DNA of 63,264 nucleotides, from IMG/VR virus record IMGVR_UViG_3300036770_000545, positions 1 through 63,264 of that record; one strand, written 5' to 3'. This stretch comes from a virus (lineage: Duplodnaviria; Caudoviricetes). Under the pieces are notes generated by a model. It did not search any database, was not told the DNA's origin, and worked only from the letters and a program-made list of their open reading frames with translations. Every line of letters begins with the position of its first letter. Positions within the stretch are counted from its first letter, which is position 1. Shown in pieces: positions 1 through 9,053 of the stretch. Both the position numbers and the translations under genes were made by a program.

Positions 1-127
1 AAGCAAGGGTGCCACCAGCGGTAATGATTTTGCCAGCGTGCGCTGCAACAGTGAGCGACGTATTGGCAGTGATGTTAACGACGTTGTCGGGGCCTTGCGT
101 GATAAAGCCGTTCAGCGACCGGACTGG
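1..127. repeat. Exact 127-bp terminal overlap with 62963-63089 (circular/assembly overlap)
   Basis: 1-127 is identical to 62963-63089; first mismatch at 128 (g) vs 63090 (c), after which the copies stay homologous but diverge. Confidence 0.95.
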
Positions 128-151
128 GCCCTGGAAAGTAGTTTGAGCCAT
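1..151 (-). CDS. 5' part of the virion protein following the major capsid gene (allele 1 of 62574-63113)
   Basis: ATG at 151 reads MAQTTFQGPVRSLNGF, same as 62574-63113; GAAAGG SD upstream. Confidence 0.85.
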   Translation of the reverse strand, partial: MAQTTFQGPVRSLNGFITQGPDNVVNITANTSLTVAAHAGKIITAGGTLA

Positions 152-160
152 TTTTGGCTT

Positions 161-237
161 CCTTTCGTGTAGTAGCACATTCCCGTACCGTCTCTACTAA
201 GTCTGCCAAGCCAGTCTGTACGGGCAAAAATCTTGGT
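161..237 (-). ncRNA. Structured RNA / 5' leader with double pseudoknot (allele 1)
   Basis: Three interleaved stems CCAAG/CUUGG, CCCGUAC/GUACGGG, UAGUAG/CUACUA; covaries with allele 2 at 63120-63197. Confidence 0.75.
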
Positions 238-253
238 AACTAGAGAATACAAC

Positions 254-282
254 AAAAGGGGGGTTTTGCAACCCCCCTTTTT
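254..282 (-). terminator. Rho-independent terminator after major capsid gene
   Basis: GGGGGG-ttgcaaaa-CCCCCC hairpin flanked by A and U runs, just after the MCP stop. Confidence 0.85.
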
Positions 283-288
283 CACTGC

Positions 289-1200
289 TTAGTTCGCACC
301 GGGCGAACCGAACATTCCCAGCGGATCCGAGAATCCGAAGGAGTAACGCTCACGAGCCTTGTAACGCACGTTGCCCGTATCGAAGTCTCCGTCCATGGAC
401 TGGGCCAGAGGAGTACGAACAAAGTGCTTCATGCCGTTGGGCACATCCGTCGTCAGGAACCAAGCATCGGTATCCGTCAGGAAGTGGTTAACGGCATAGC
501 CCTCGGGGATAGCGCCATTGCTCTTGATTGCGTTGATGTCGTTATCGGCAGTGGCCGTACGGAGTTCAGTCTCCAGCAGGCGGGTTGCCACGAACATCAA
601 TGCAGGCGGAATAATGAGCTTACGGGGCTTAGCAGCGATCAACAGACCACGCTCGTCCGTCCAACCAGCGATCTGAATAACGGCGGCTTCCAAAGAAGTC
701 TCGTTCAGGTCAGCCGGAGTGGCGGGCTCGTTGGAGTTGACACCACCAGAAACCAGGGGGTGCTGGGTGTCGAACAGGGGCTTTCCATCTCCACCGGGGA
801 AGCTGGAATCAAAACCATTGTTCAGCACGGCAGCAGCTTTGGTCTGCTTGGTGTAAGCCATGGCACGGGCCAGAGCCTTGGTGTAACGGCTGGAGAGAGA
901 ATCATAGAGGTTGTCCTCAATGGCCTCTTCCGTGACCGAGAAACCAAGAGCGATGGTCTCGTGGGTGTAACGAGCAGTGAAAGCTTCTTGCGCGTTATCG
1001 TAGGCAATCGCACTGCCTTCGTTCTTCACCGGGGCGGCGGAGAAGCCAGACAGTTTGGTTTCCTCTTCAAACGAACGCTCTGAAGATTCGGTCTCGTAAA
1101 TCTCCTTATGCTCTTCGCCGTAGCGTGCATACTCAAGACCAAACAAAGCGTTCAGTCCTGGGAGGAGTTCTTTAAGTAGTTGTGCGCGTGAAATAGCCAT
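289..1200 (-). CDS. Major capsid protein
   Basis: 303 aa, MAISRAQLLKELLPGLNALFGLEY start, phage MCP-like C-terminus (DFDTGNVRYKARERYSFG); follows scaffold and is followed by a terminator. Confidence 0.9.
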   Translation of the reverse strand: MAISRAQLLKELLPGLNALFGLEYARYGEEHKEIYETESSERSFEEETKLSGFSAAPVKNEGSAIAYDNAQEAFTARYTHETIALGFSVTEEAIEDNLYDSLSSRYTKALARAMAYTKQTKAAAVLNNGFDSSFPGGDGKPLFDTQHPLVSGGVNSNEPATPADLNETSLEAAVIQIAGWTDERGLLIAAKPRKLIIPPALMFVATRLLETELRTATADNDINAIKSNGAIPEGYAVNHFLTDTDAWFLTTDVPNGMKHFVRTPLAQSMDGDFDTGNVRYKARERYSFGFSDPLGMFGSPGAN

Positions 1201-1212
1201 TTAAATTACTCC

Positions 1213-1842
1213 TTAGACGCCAACGGGGTTGAGATACTGATGCCCGCCAACCACAGTAGTGGTGGTCTCATCATAGTAAGGAGCATTCCACTTAACGATC
1301 ACTTCGGTGTAAGAACCAGCCGTGTTCGCAGTTTCCGGCACCACATCAATAATACGAATCGGCAAAGACAAAGTCGTATCAACAGTGGCACTAATAGAAA
1401 CAGCAGAGTTGCCCGTAGTGGTCGATCCAGTACCCTGAATCAAAGCGGAGTTAGTACCGACAGCGGAACGAGTAACGCCAGAAATGTTACTGGTACCAGC
1501 GGCGGTAATAGCCACTTTAAACAGCGCATCGGGGTCATCTTGAACATAAGCCATGATGTCCGAAGCCGTTGTATTGGCAGGGTAGTACTGGCGGAACACT
1601 TTACCGAACGTAGGATCGGTGTAGGAGCAGCCAAGGAAAACACCAACAGGAGTGGCAGCGTCAGTACCGGTGTCTTTTTGCAGAAGACCAGCGGAATCAA
1701 GTTTTACAACATCGCCAAAGAAGATGGCGGTGTCATTGCTTGAACCGATGGGGATCTGACGAGTAGCACCAGCAAATACCTGACCGCCGATCAAGTTGAT
1801 CGGAATTAGCCCGTAAGGGCCATTAACAGTAGGATAAGCCAT
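1213..1842 (-). CDS. Putative capsid decoration/cement protein
   Basis: 209 aa, Gly/Thr-rich, IFFGDVVK and VGVFLGCSY motifs, directly upstream of MCP. Confidence 0.6.
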   Translation of the reverse strand: MAYPTVNGPYGLIPINLIGGQVFAGATRQIPIGSSNDTAIFFGDVVKLDSAGLLQKDTGTDAATPVGVFLGCSYTDPTFGKVFRQYYPANTTASDIMAYVQDDPDALFKVAITAAGTSNISGVTRSAVGTNSALIQGTGSTTTGNSAVSISATVDTTLSLPIRIIDVVPETANTAGSYTEVIVKWNAPYYDETTTTVVGGHQYLNPVGV

Positions 1843-1861
1843 TTTTGACCTCGTTTAAAAG

Positions 1862-2311
1862 TTAGTTACCTTTACCGAACGACGTAGTGGATTTTCTCTC
1901 ACGATAGAGAGGCATCCTCGGGTCGTTCTCTCTCATAAAGCTGTTGTCTACAGATTCAATCTGATCTCTGGTTACTTTGGCGTAATACTCTTTACGCTGT
2001 TCAACAAAGTCTTCAGGCATCTTGCAGAGCAATAATCCAGCAACTTCAATGTTGTCCTTAAAACGACTGTTCGGATCAACAAGAAGCTTAAACTGCGGCT
2101 GCTCCTCGATTCGTACCGGCTCCCAGCCTTCCCGCATCTTCGCAGACACGTTACGGGCATCGGCCTGACCCAGGGAGGAAACACGAATCCAGCGATACGC
2201 GTAGCCAGCTTGTTTGTCAGGTTGCGGTAGCGTCTCAGGGCGCTGCCAATGTTTAGGCCGTTCTTGTTGTGAACGGGACTCAAGTTCGCGTGCAAGTCGA
2301 TTTTCAGCCAT
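1862..2311 (-). CDS. Head-module protein of unknown function
   Basis: 149 aa, YRWIR...REGWEPV...GLLLCKMP; between scaffold and capsid genes. Confidence 0.7.
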   Translation of the reverse strand: MAENRLARELESRSQQERPKHWQRPETLPQPDKQAGYAYRWIRVSSLGQADARNVSAKMREGWEPVRIEEQPQFKLLVDPNSRFKDNIEVAGLLLCKMPEDFVEQRKEYYAKVTRDQIESVDNSFMRENDPRMPLYRERKSTTSFGKGN

Positions 2312-3254
2312 TTTGATTCTCCAGTCGTTGTTTTTCCTTAGCGTACTGCTCAGGGGTTAGCCCGAACTTCTTAGCGAGATTTACCTCGCTCTTTGTCAGC
2401 ACAATCTTTTTGGAGGATGTGCTACGAGACGCCGGTGCAACTACTGTGGCTGGCTTAGTCTCCGTGCGCTGAACAGGCTTGCCGCCCCCGTCAGTCGTTT
2501 CTTGTTCCCCAAAATACTCGGGGAACCTACGGCGCATCGTACTATCAATGCGCTGGTAATACTCGTCGCTTCTGGGATCTACCCCAGACTCAACCAATTT
2601 TTGGTGCAAACCCAGTGCCGCGCTGGTCATTTCTGAATCCGACCCAAACCACGAATTTCGCTCTTGCCACGAACTCGCCTTTGGATCAGGACGCGCAACA
2701 GGTGTTTGTTGTATTTCACTATTTACAGGAGTTTCTTCTTTTTGTAAAGGGGGCCGATATTCATTTATCCGCTGAACCCGATAGTTCGCCTCAGACAGCT
2801 TAGTCTGGGCTTCAATTATCTGGTCAGAATCCCCAGTTTCGTATGCTTCTTTATACTGCTTTTTAGCCATTTCTAGCTGTAACTGAGCAGCCGTTTTTGC
2901 GGTATCTATGAAGTTCTGTTGGCCTGAAGAAAGGCTTTCTTTAAGCTTTTTGTTCTCTTCATAGACTTTTCTAGCAAATTCCTCAGCAGCCTGACGCTCC
3001 CTAAAAGCAGACTCCTTGGCTCGGCGCTCGTCGTGCCAAACCTTTTTCATCTGTTTCAGGCGAGTCTTTACCTTTTCGGAGTACTCCTCAAGCTCATCCT
3101 GCTCAAGCTCTTGGACCAACTCTTGGGGCATAGGCTCCCGCTCTTTACCCGTTACCGGGTCTTTATCCTCTTCAGGAATATCGTCTTGGATTTCAAGCTC
3201 AATATCCTCAACTTCGTCCTGCTCAGGAATTTCCTTTCCATTTACTTCTGGCAT
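2304..3254 (-). CDS. Putative capsid scaffolding protein
   Basis: Acidic coiled-coil protein, C-terminal AKKFGLTPEQYAK helix; start chosen at ATG 3254 with GAGGAGG SD. Confidence 0.7.
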   Translation of the reverse strand: MPEVNGKEIPEQDEVEDIELEIQDDIPEEDKDPVTGKEREPMPQELVQELEQDELEEYSEKVKTRLKQMKKVWHDERRAKESAFRERQAAEEFARKVYEENKKLKESLSSGQQNFIDTAKTAAQLQLEMAKKQYKEAYETGDSDQIIEAQTKLSEANYRVQRINEYRPPLQKEETPVNSEIQQTPVARPDPKASSWQERNSWFGSDSEMTSAALGLHQKLVESGVDPRSDEYYQRIDSTMRRRFPEYFGEQETTDGGGKPVQRTETKPATVVAPASRSTSSKKIVLTKSEVNLAKKFGLTPEQYAKEKQRLENQNG

Positions 3255-3264
3255 TTTTACCTCC

Positions 3265-3672
3265 TCATGCGCGACTAATGCCTCGGGGGTCATCAACCAC
3301 CCCTTCAACAGAGTCATCGTTAATAATGCGGAACTCGCGTCCGTGGATCTTTACTCGGGTGCCAGCATGTGGGCGCACCAGAACAAAATCCCCTTGTTTA
3401 CACCATGGGCCACTTGGGAACCTAGCTGTATCTTTGTAGCAATCGGGGCCCATCTTGACCACAAACAGCACGGTCGTAAGAAGTTCCTCGTACTTTAATA
3501 CTGCGTCGGCCTTAAGGATTCCACTTTCGTAGGTACCTTCAATCTCAGGGATTGCGCACAGGATTCTGTATCCCGACGGGTCCGGCACTTGTTTTGCCTT
3601 TTCTTCTGCGGTTTCAGGCAATACCGTTGCTTCGTTTGGATCGTCTGTAGACCCAATAAGGATTTCACTCAT
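3265..3672 (-). CDS. GroES-like co-chaperonin
   Basis: PSGYRIL, ESGI, VVKMGPD, GDFVL, GTRVKIHGREFRIINDDSVEGVV pattern of the Cpn10 fold. Confidence 0.85.
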   Translation of the reverse strand: MSEILIGSTDDPNEATVLPETAEEKAKQVPDPSGYRILCAIPEIEGTYESGILKADAVLKYEELLTTVLFVVKMGPDCYKDTARFPSGPWCKQGDFVLVRPHAGTRVKIHGREFRIINDDSVEGVVDDPRGISRA

Positions 3673-3856
3673 CAGCTTTTTCCAGCCTTTCTGCTAGTTC
3701 AATAATATGGTTATTAGCGATTAATAACCCCCTTACTATCCCACACGAATACTTATATTCGGAGTGGTCCTTCGCCTTGCCATCTCCCATGTCTTCAATA
3801 ATCCGAAGACGATCCTGCTGGAGAAGCTTCGACAAATGCTCTAGTACATCTTTCAT
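3665..3856 (-). CDS. Hypothetical protein
   Basis: 63 aa ORF tightly packed between portal and GroES-like genes. Confidence 0.7.
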   Translation of the reverse strand: MKDVLEHLSKLLQQDRLRIIEDMGDGKAKDHSEYKYSCGIVRGLLIANNHIIELAERLEKADE

Positions 3857-3859
3857 TTA

Positions 3860-6340
3860 CTACCCTTTCTGGTTGTTGCGAAGCTGCAAAAGTTGTTTAT
3901 CCATTTCGGCTTCGGTTCTTGCGTCAACTTCCATCGCCTTGATAATGGTCTTGACTTGTTCCTGCTTGAGTTTTTCGTCCTGGGCCATAGCCTTGGTCAT
4001 AATGTTTGCCTGCGCTTGACGGTTTTGTGAGTCAATGCGTTCTTTCTCTAAGGTCAGTTGTGCAGCCCGAAGTTCTGCATCGGTCTGGTCTTTCTGAGCC
4101 TTACGTTGCTGCTCTGCTGCTTTAATCTGAAGCTCCTGCATTTGCATCTGAATAATCGGATCTTGTGCCTGTTGCTGAGCTTGTTGCTGTGCAGCTTGGA
4201 TTTGATTTTGAGCCGTAACTTGTTGGGCTGCTTGAGCGACCAACCGGGAAACCGCCACTTCATAATCCTCTGGCATTTCCTCGTCGGGCTTGGGCAACGG
4301 AGCACCAAGTTTCTGCTCGACCATCTGGCGGTACTTAAACCCATAATGCTCGGCAATATGTGCTTGTAATGCTGAAAGCATTTGCTGGGCTGCTGGGTTT
4401 TGGCCAATCATTTGAGCTGTCATCGGATCATTCAAGAACGACATGTGCGTCATAATGTGCGCGTCTTGATCCTGATAAATAAACGCTTTTAAGGGTTTGC
4501 CCTTAAGAACATTCATATTCTCCGTAACTGGGTCTTTTGGCTTTTCGTCTTCCGGCAGGGGTACCAACTTATCAGCGTCCTTGATCCCCAGAACCTCCAG
4601 CATCTGGCGGTGCAGCACTGGCATGTTATAAATCAGCGGCGCTGTTTGGGCTAGCTGTAGTACTGCTTGATACTGGACCACCTTCTGCGACATAGTAGCC
4701 GCGTTAGGGTCGGATACCGGGATAACTTCGACGCTGTCGTAGTCGGATTGCTTAGCTCTTGGATGAGACGTGTCAGGCTCGTAGCTGTATTCGTCATCGG
4801 TGTAATCCCTAATAATATTCTTAAGGAGCTTAAACTCTTGCCGCATGGCATAGTGGATTCGAGCTTGAACCGCACTCATTACCTTGAGGGTTCTCTCAAG
4901 AATCGCCAGCGTTGTTCCAACGGGCGACTGGGCTGACATATCACTAACTTTGAGATCGGCTGCGCTAGCAAACCGGCGTCCTTCATCAACGATTGTTCCC
5001 AGCAAGCTGTACAACACCTGACTCGGCTCCTTGTACGGGAGCGTCATGATGTTGTCTTTGATCGTGCCGGAGGCTACGTCTACATCTCGGAACTCAGCCG
5101 GAGCGATTGGGGTGTCATCGCCTTTAACCCGTAGCCCCTTGGTTTTAAAGCCACCCGGTAAGTTGGATAGCGTGCCAGCATCCACAAGCTGACGAATAAT
5201 GCTAGTACCAGACTTAGCGAAAGCACCAATAAGATGAATAAGGCCAAGGGCATAGAAACCAAAACCCGGAACGTATGGGTAATGTACGAAGTGATTGCGC
5301 TTTTGTTTTGTCGGATCATCTGGGTGCCAATTCCTTCTGATGGCTAGGATCGTCTGCGACTGCTTTTCAATAGTGACAATGTAAGGAAGTGCGATACCTG
5401 TCTCATTGCCATCCTTGTCCTTGTCTTCATACCCTTGGAGGTCCAAGTCAACCTGCATCTCCAGAATCTTGAACCGATTGTCTGAAGTGGCTCGGAATCC
5501 CATCTTCTCTGCGATCTTTTTCTCCACCTCGTCGAGAGTGTCATGGGGCTCACCTAAATCAACGTCTCTATAAAAGCCAGCAACCTGAAGCTTCCTCAAG
5601 TCGTTAGGCGTCTTACGCATCACATGCGTAACCCGCTCAGCGGTCTCTAAGTTACTTGCGCCGTAGGGCACAACCACATCTTCAGCTGGCACATAGATAG
5701 ATACCTGCCGCTCAAGGCTGGGATCGTAGTACACCTTCTTAAACGCGTTACCAGCTAGCGCCAGACCCCAGAGCATCCGCTCATGCTCAGGCCGGTACTC
5801 GACCATCACCTCGGTCAACTGGTAATTCATGTCCTCTTTAACCCGAGCAGCAGCATCAATCTTCTCGGGAGTTTCTTTGCCGATGATCTGAGTCTTGACT
5901 GGACCTTGCGCCGGGAAGGTCTCCATGATTGTCTCTGCCTGGAACTTCACCACGGCTTCAGCTAACAGTGGGTGGTACACACCACATGCTCCGGGCCACG
6001 GCTCCGTGCGGTCCTCAAGCTTCAACCCAAGAAGGTCAAGGCCGTCAACGTATGTCTGCATCCAGTCTTTACGGGAGGAGATGTCCTCCTCGTATTCGCC
6101 AAGAAGATCAGTTGCCAAACCAACCAACTCATCCTCATCCATCTCTTCAGCGATGTTGGCGTTAAAGTCGCCCTCTTCTTCTCCGGGCTCGATCTCAATC
6201 TCCAAGCCGCCCATCTTAATGCTGACTTCTTCGGGATCTTCAATCTCAATCTCGATGACGGGCTCAGCCATTGCCGCCTCGTCCATCATTTCTTCAGTTA
6301 GACCAAGCGGTGCTTGGGAGAGTGATTTCTCAATTGCCAT
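3860..6340 (-). CDS. Portal protein
   Basis: 826 aa after terminase; GNAFKKVYYD, GFYALGL motifs, Gln-rich C-terminal barrel as in podoviral portals. Confidence 0.88.
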   Translation of the reverse strand: MAIEKSLSQAPLGLTEEMMDEAAMAEPVIEIEIEDPEEVSIKMGGLEIEIEPGEEEGDFNANIAEEMDEDELVGLATDLLGEYEEDISSRKDWMQTYVDGLDLLGLKLEDRTEPWPGACGVYHPLLAEAVVKFQAETIMETFPAQGPVKTQIIGKETPEKIDAAARVKEDMNYQLTEVMVEYRPEHERMLWGLALAGNAFKKVYYDPSLERQVSIYVPAEDVVVPYGASNLETAERVTHVMRKTPNDLRKLQVAGFYRDVDLGEPHDTLDEVEKKIAEKMGFRATSDNRFKILEMQVDLDLQGYEDKDKDGNETGIALPYIVTIEKQSQTILAIRRNWHPDDPTKQKRNHFVHYPYVPGFGFYALGLIHLIGAFAKSGTSIIRQLVDAGTLSNLPGGFKTKGLRVKGDDTPIAPAEFRDVDVASGTIKDNIMTLPYKEPSQVLYSLLGTIVDEGRRFASAADLKVSDMSAQSPVGTTLAILERTLKVMSAVQARIHYAMRQEFKLLKNIIRDYTDDEYSYEPDTSHPRAKQSDYDSVEVIPVSDPNAATMSQKVVQYQAVLQLAQTAPLIYNMPVLHRQMLEVLGIKDADKLVPLPEDEKPKDPVTENMNVLKGKPLKAFIYQDQDAHIMTHMSFLNDPMTAQMIGQNPAAQQMLSALQAHIAEHYGFKYRQMVEQKLGAPLPKPDEEMPEDYEVAVSRLVAQAAQQVTAQNQIQAAQQQAQQQAQDPIIQMQMQELQIKAAEQQRKAQKDQTDAELRAAQLTLEKERIDSQNRQAQANIMTKAMAQDEKLKQEQVKTIIKAMEVDARTEAEMDKQLLQLRNNQKG

Positions 6341-6349
6341 TTTTTATCC

Positions 6350-7888
6350 TTAGTAATACGCAGGCTGTCTGCGTCTAAATTGTCGCGGCTCATCCTCTTC
6401 GTCTAGCGAGGTTCTGATATAGCCACCTTTACGAAACCGGATTAACGCCAAAGACACCGAGTCCACATAGTCATCATGTTCTCCAGCGGGAAAACTTGCA
6501 ACCTCGTCAATCACCTCTTCGGCCCACTGAGTAGAGGGTGCCCATACTTTACCAGAGGCAAATAAGTCTGAGACCGCATTTAGTCTTGAAATCTTGTCAT
6601 TACCCCTTACCGGAGTAAACTCCTGCACGGGTATGCCCATCGCCCGTAACTCATATATTAGGGGGGCCCCCGAAGCCTTTTTCTCAATAATCACCGAGTC
6701 AGGCTCAAACTCTTCCATTTGCTCCAAAACTTTCTTTTTCAGAGCTGGAAACTCCATCCGGTCCCGGAAGGCATCTAACAAGATTATGTTTGTTTCTATT
6801 TTGCCCGTATCTGGGTCTTCCTGATGGAACACACCCCACGTCGTACAGGCTGAGTAGTCCGCTCGATTGTTTTTTTCGAACGCCGTATCCCAAGCTTGGA
6901 GAATAAAGTCGCAGTATGGTGGGTCTTCTTCCTCCCAGACCTGCCACCACTCCCGTTTTACAAGGGCACTAGCCTCAGAAACCGGATTCTGCTGGTACTG
7001 AGCCTGCCATTTTGCGTTAGGAAGCTCGTTTTTAAGGGCTTCCAACTCCGTTTGTGACCAAAACTCAGGCCATAAGGGGTTTCCCGTAGGTAAAATTGCA
7101 GGAAACTCAATGACCTCCCACCCTTCTCCGCCCCTTTGGGCCTCTGCTTTGAGGACTTGCCCGGTTAGATCACGTTTTGACCACCTCGTCATCACTATGA
7201 CAATGGAGCCCCCCGGCTGGAGTCGCTGTCTTGGGCCTGATGTGTACCACTCGTACGTTTTGTCGTAAATGTCTGGGTTAATTTCAGCCAGAGCCGCTTC
7301 CTGCTCTGAGTGAGGGTCGTCAATAATGAGCAAGTCAGCGCCTTTACCAGTGACGGCGCCTCCCACACCAATAGCAAAGTAGTCTCCACCCGCGTTAGTC
7401 GCCCACCGCCCAGCAGCTTTAGAGTCCGCTTGTAGTCCAACTCCCGGAAATATTTTTGTATAGATTTCCTGATCGACAAGGTTACGCACCTTTCTGCCGA
7501 AGCCCACGGCTAGCTCGGCTGTGTGGGAAGTCTGGATAACTTTTTTGTGGGGAAACTTGCCCAGAAACCACGCTGGTAAAAGATAAGACGCAAACTCAGA
7601 TTTTGTATGCCGTGGGGGCATGTTGATTATCAGCCGCTTGCACTCCCCGGAGGCCACCCGCTCGAAGGCCGCAGCCATCTTAGCGTGATGCCGTCCACTA
7701 ATGAATGTGGGCCAGACCTGCTTGACGAATGCTAGGAACTTAGAGTGCGCAAGCTTTTTGACCTTTAGCTCTTGGAGCTTCTCCAACTCAGCAAGTAGTT
7801 TCTCCTGCTCTGGTAGGGAGAGTAACGGTAAGATACTAGGAATATCTTTTAGGGAGATATTCTCAAGTGCTTGGGCGGCTGTCGTCAT
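6350..7888 (-). CDS. terL: Terminase large subunit
   Basis: Walker A-like INMPPRHTKS, Walker B LLIIDDPH, VMTRW, nuclease WDTA...IEKKASG...HDDYVDS. Confidence 0.95.
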   Translation of the reverse strand: MTTAAQALENISLKDIPSILPLLSLPEQEKLLAELEKLQELKVKKLAHSKFLAFVKQVWPTFISGRHHAKMAAAFERVASGECKRLIINMPPRHTKSEFASYLLPAWFLGKFPHKKVIQTSHTAELAVGFGRKVRNLVDQEIYTKIFPGVGLQADSKAAGRWATNAGGDYFAIGVGGAVTGKGADLLIIDDPHSEQEAALAEINPDIYDKTYEWYTSGPRQRLQPGGSIVIVMTRWSKRDLTGQVLKAEAQRGGEGWEVIEFPAILPTGNPLWPEFWSQTELEALKNELPNAKWQAQYQQNPVSEASALVKREWWQVWEEEDPPYCDFILQAWDTAFEKNNRADYSACTTWGVFHQEDPDTGKIETNIILLDAFRDRMEFPALKKKVLEQMEEFEPDSVIIEKKASGAPLIYELRAMGIPVQEFTPVRGNDKISRLNAVSDLFASGKVWAPSTQWAEEVIDEVASFPAGEHDDYVDSVSLALIRFRKGGYIRTSLDEEDEPRQFRRRQPAYY

Positions 7889-8510
7889 CTTCGGTCGGAT
7901 CACTCGACTCTAGTTTGTCTTCTAGCTCACTAGCCAAGGGTGGTAACTCCTCGTTAGCCACCCCCAACTGCTCATCTAAATCTGCTCCGATAGGAGTAAC
8001 GTCAATAATTTCGGCATTAAGTAGCCGCTTTACGCGCTCTTTAATAGCAGCCTCAAGGTCTTCAGGATTCTTATAGTTGATCGTGATCTCTGAGCGCTCA
8101 GTAAATAGCCCGACATCACTGTGCTTGCCCAGCATCTCCAAGGCTTTTAACTCATAGCGCGGATCGCCACAGTTGGCGATCTCCATCAATTTATTAGTGA
8201 TTGCAGCCCGCGCTTGCGCAGCATCAAATGCTATCTGCTGCCCATAGGTTCTAAGGAATGCAGCCGCAGCAAATGCCGTGTTTGGGTTTGTTAGGTTTTT
8301 AGTTTTACGTTCTTTTATTACCTGCTCAATTAGGTTTTTCTCTTTTTCCGCCGTGGCCTCATCGACCTCAAGTGGCGCACCTAATTGAACTTGAAGCTCT
8401 GCTGTGTTCCCAGCAACAGCTACTTCTTCTACAAAAGTAGAAGACGTTTCATCCTCAACGCTAAAAGGTATTGGATGGTCCTTCGTAGGTTCAATATCAA
8501 CTATGGGCAT
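7863..8510 (-). CDS. Putative terminase small subunit
   Basis: Immediately upstream of and overlapping terL; LKALEMLGKH..VGLF motif; start codon uncertain. Confidence 0.6.
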   Translation of the reverse strand: MPIVDIEPTKDHPIPFSVEDETSSTFVEEVAVAGNTAELQVQLGAPLEVDEATAEKEKNLIEQVIKERKTKNLTNPNTAFAAAAFLRTYGQQIAFDAAQARAAITNKLMEIANCGDPRYELKALEMLGKHSDVGLFTERSEITINYKNPEDLEAAIKERVKRLLNAEIIDVTPIGADLDEQLGVANEELPPLASELEDKLESSDPTEDDDSRPST

Positions 8511-8543
8511 GTCAGGGCTGCTTGTAAGCTCCTTGTTGCGCCG

Positions 8544-8573
8544 AGTGTAGTAGTAATAGTTTGAGTTTGTCAA
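8544..8573 (-). promoter_or_regulatory. Sigma70-like promoter for packaging/late arm
   Basis: TTGACA-18 nt-TACACT on - strand upstream of the terS candidate. Confidence 0.5.
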
Positions 8574-8588
8574 GAAAGAGAGGGGGGG

Positions 8589-8663
8589 GGGGTACTCACG
8601 ATCTTTGCAGCCGGTGTAAGCATGTTCATTGACCGGACCTCGGGTGAGGAGACCGCTTTCCCC
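8589..8663 (-). ncRNA. Candidate small structured RNA (three-way junction, loop-E-like motif)
   Basis: GGGGAAAGCGGUCU...AGAUCGUGAGUACCCC closing helix with GAA/AGUA, two inner hairpins, TATAAT at 8674-8669. Confidence 0.4.
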
Positions 8664-8945
8664 TAAAAATTATATATCCCCCCGGGGGAAGTAGGGGACC
8701 CAAAAATACAAGGGGGTACTAATGCAATTTAGTGTCCGCCAAAACGTACCTTAAAAATGAGGGGGGTGGGGGTATAAATTTGTAATACAAAGTGCTGGGG
8801 AAACGCCGACGAGTGTGATCGGATGTGCAAATTAGTAAGTAGAGGGGTACCTGGACATTGCCGCGCTATCAGGGGGTGGGGGGTAGGTGGGGTCTGGCGG
8901 GCACCTAACACTGTTAGCCCCCCCTCATTATTGTTTCCCAAAGGG

Positions 8946-8975
8946 TTGCTTTTGCGTACCACATTTTGGTATAAT
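8946..8975 (+). promoter_or_regulatory. Early sigma70 promoter (extended -10)
   Basis: TTGCTT-18 nt-TATAAT with TGn; flanked by palindromes at 8905 and 9025. Confidence 0.7.
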
Positions 8976-9053
8976 AGGGGCAAGCGAGACGAAAACAGTT
9001 CGCTTCCTGGTTAGGCGGGTTTACCTAACAGTGTTAGCAAAGGAAAACACACG

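Noticed and set aside
1-127. Biological direct terminal repeat
   Set aside because: Falls mid-gene, is exactly 127 bp (typical k-mer) and continues into a divergent allele; better explained by assembly
161-237. ZTP riboswitch or HDV-like ribozyme
   Set aside because: GACUGGC resembles ZTP but the 3' hairpin consensus is missing; too little room for the HDV P3/L3 between stems B and A'
424-1743. Long + strand ORFs opposite capsid genes (and similar antisense ORFs elsewhere)
   Set aside because: Shadows of codon bias on the coding strand; no SD or recognisable motifs
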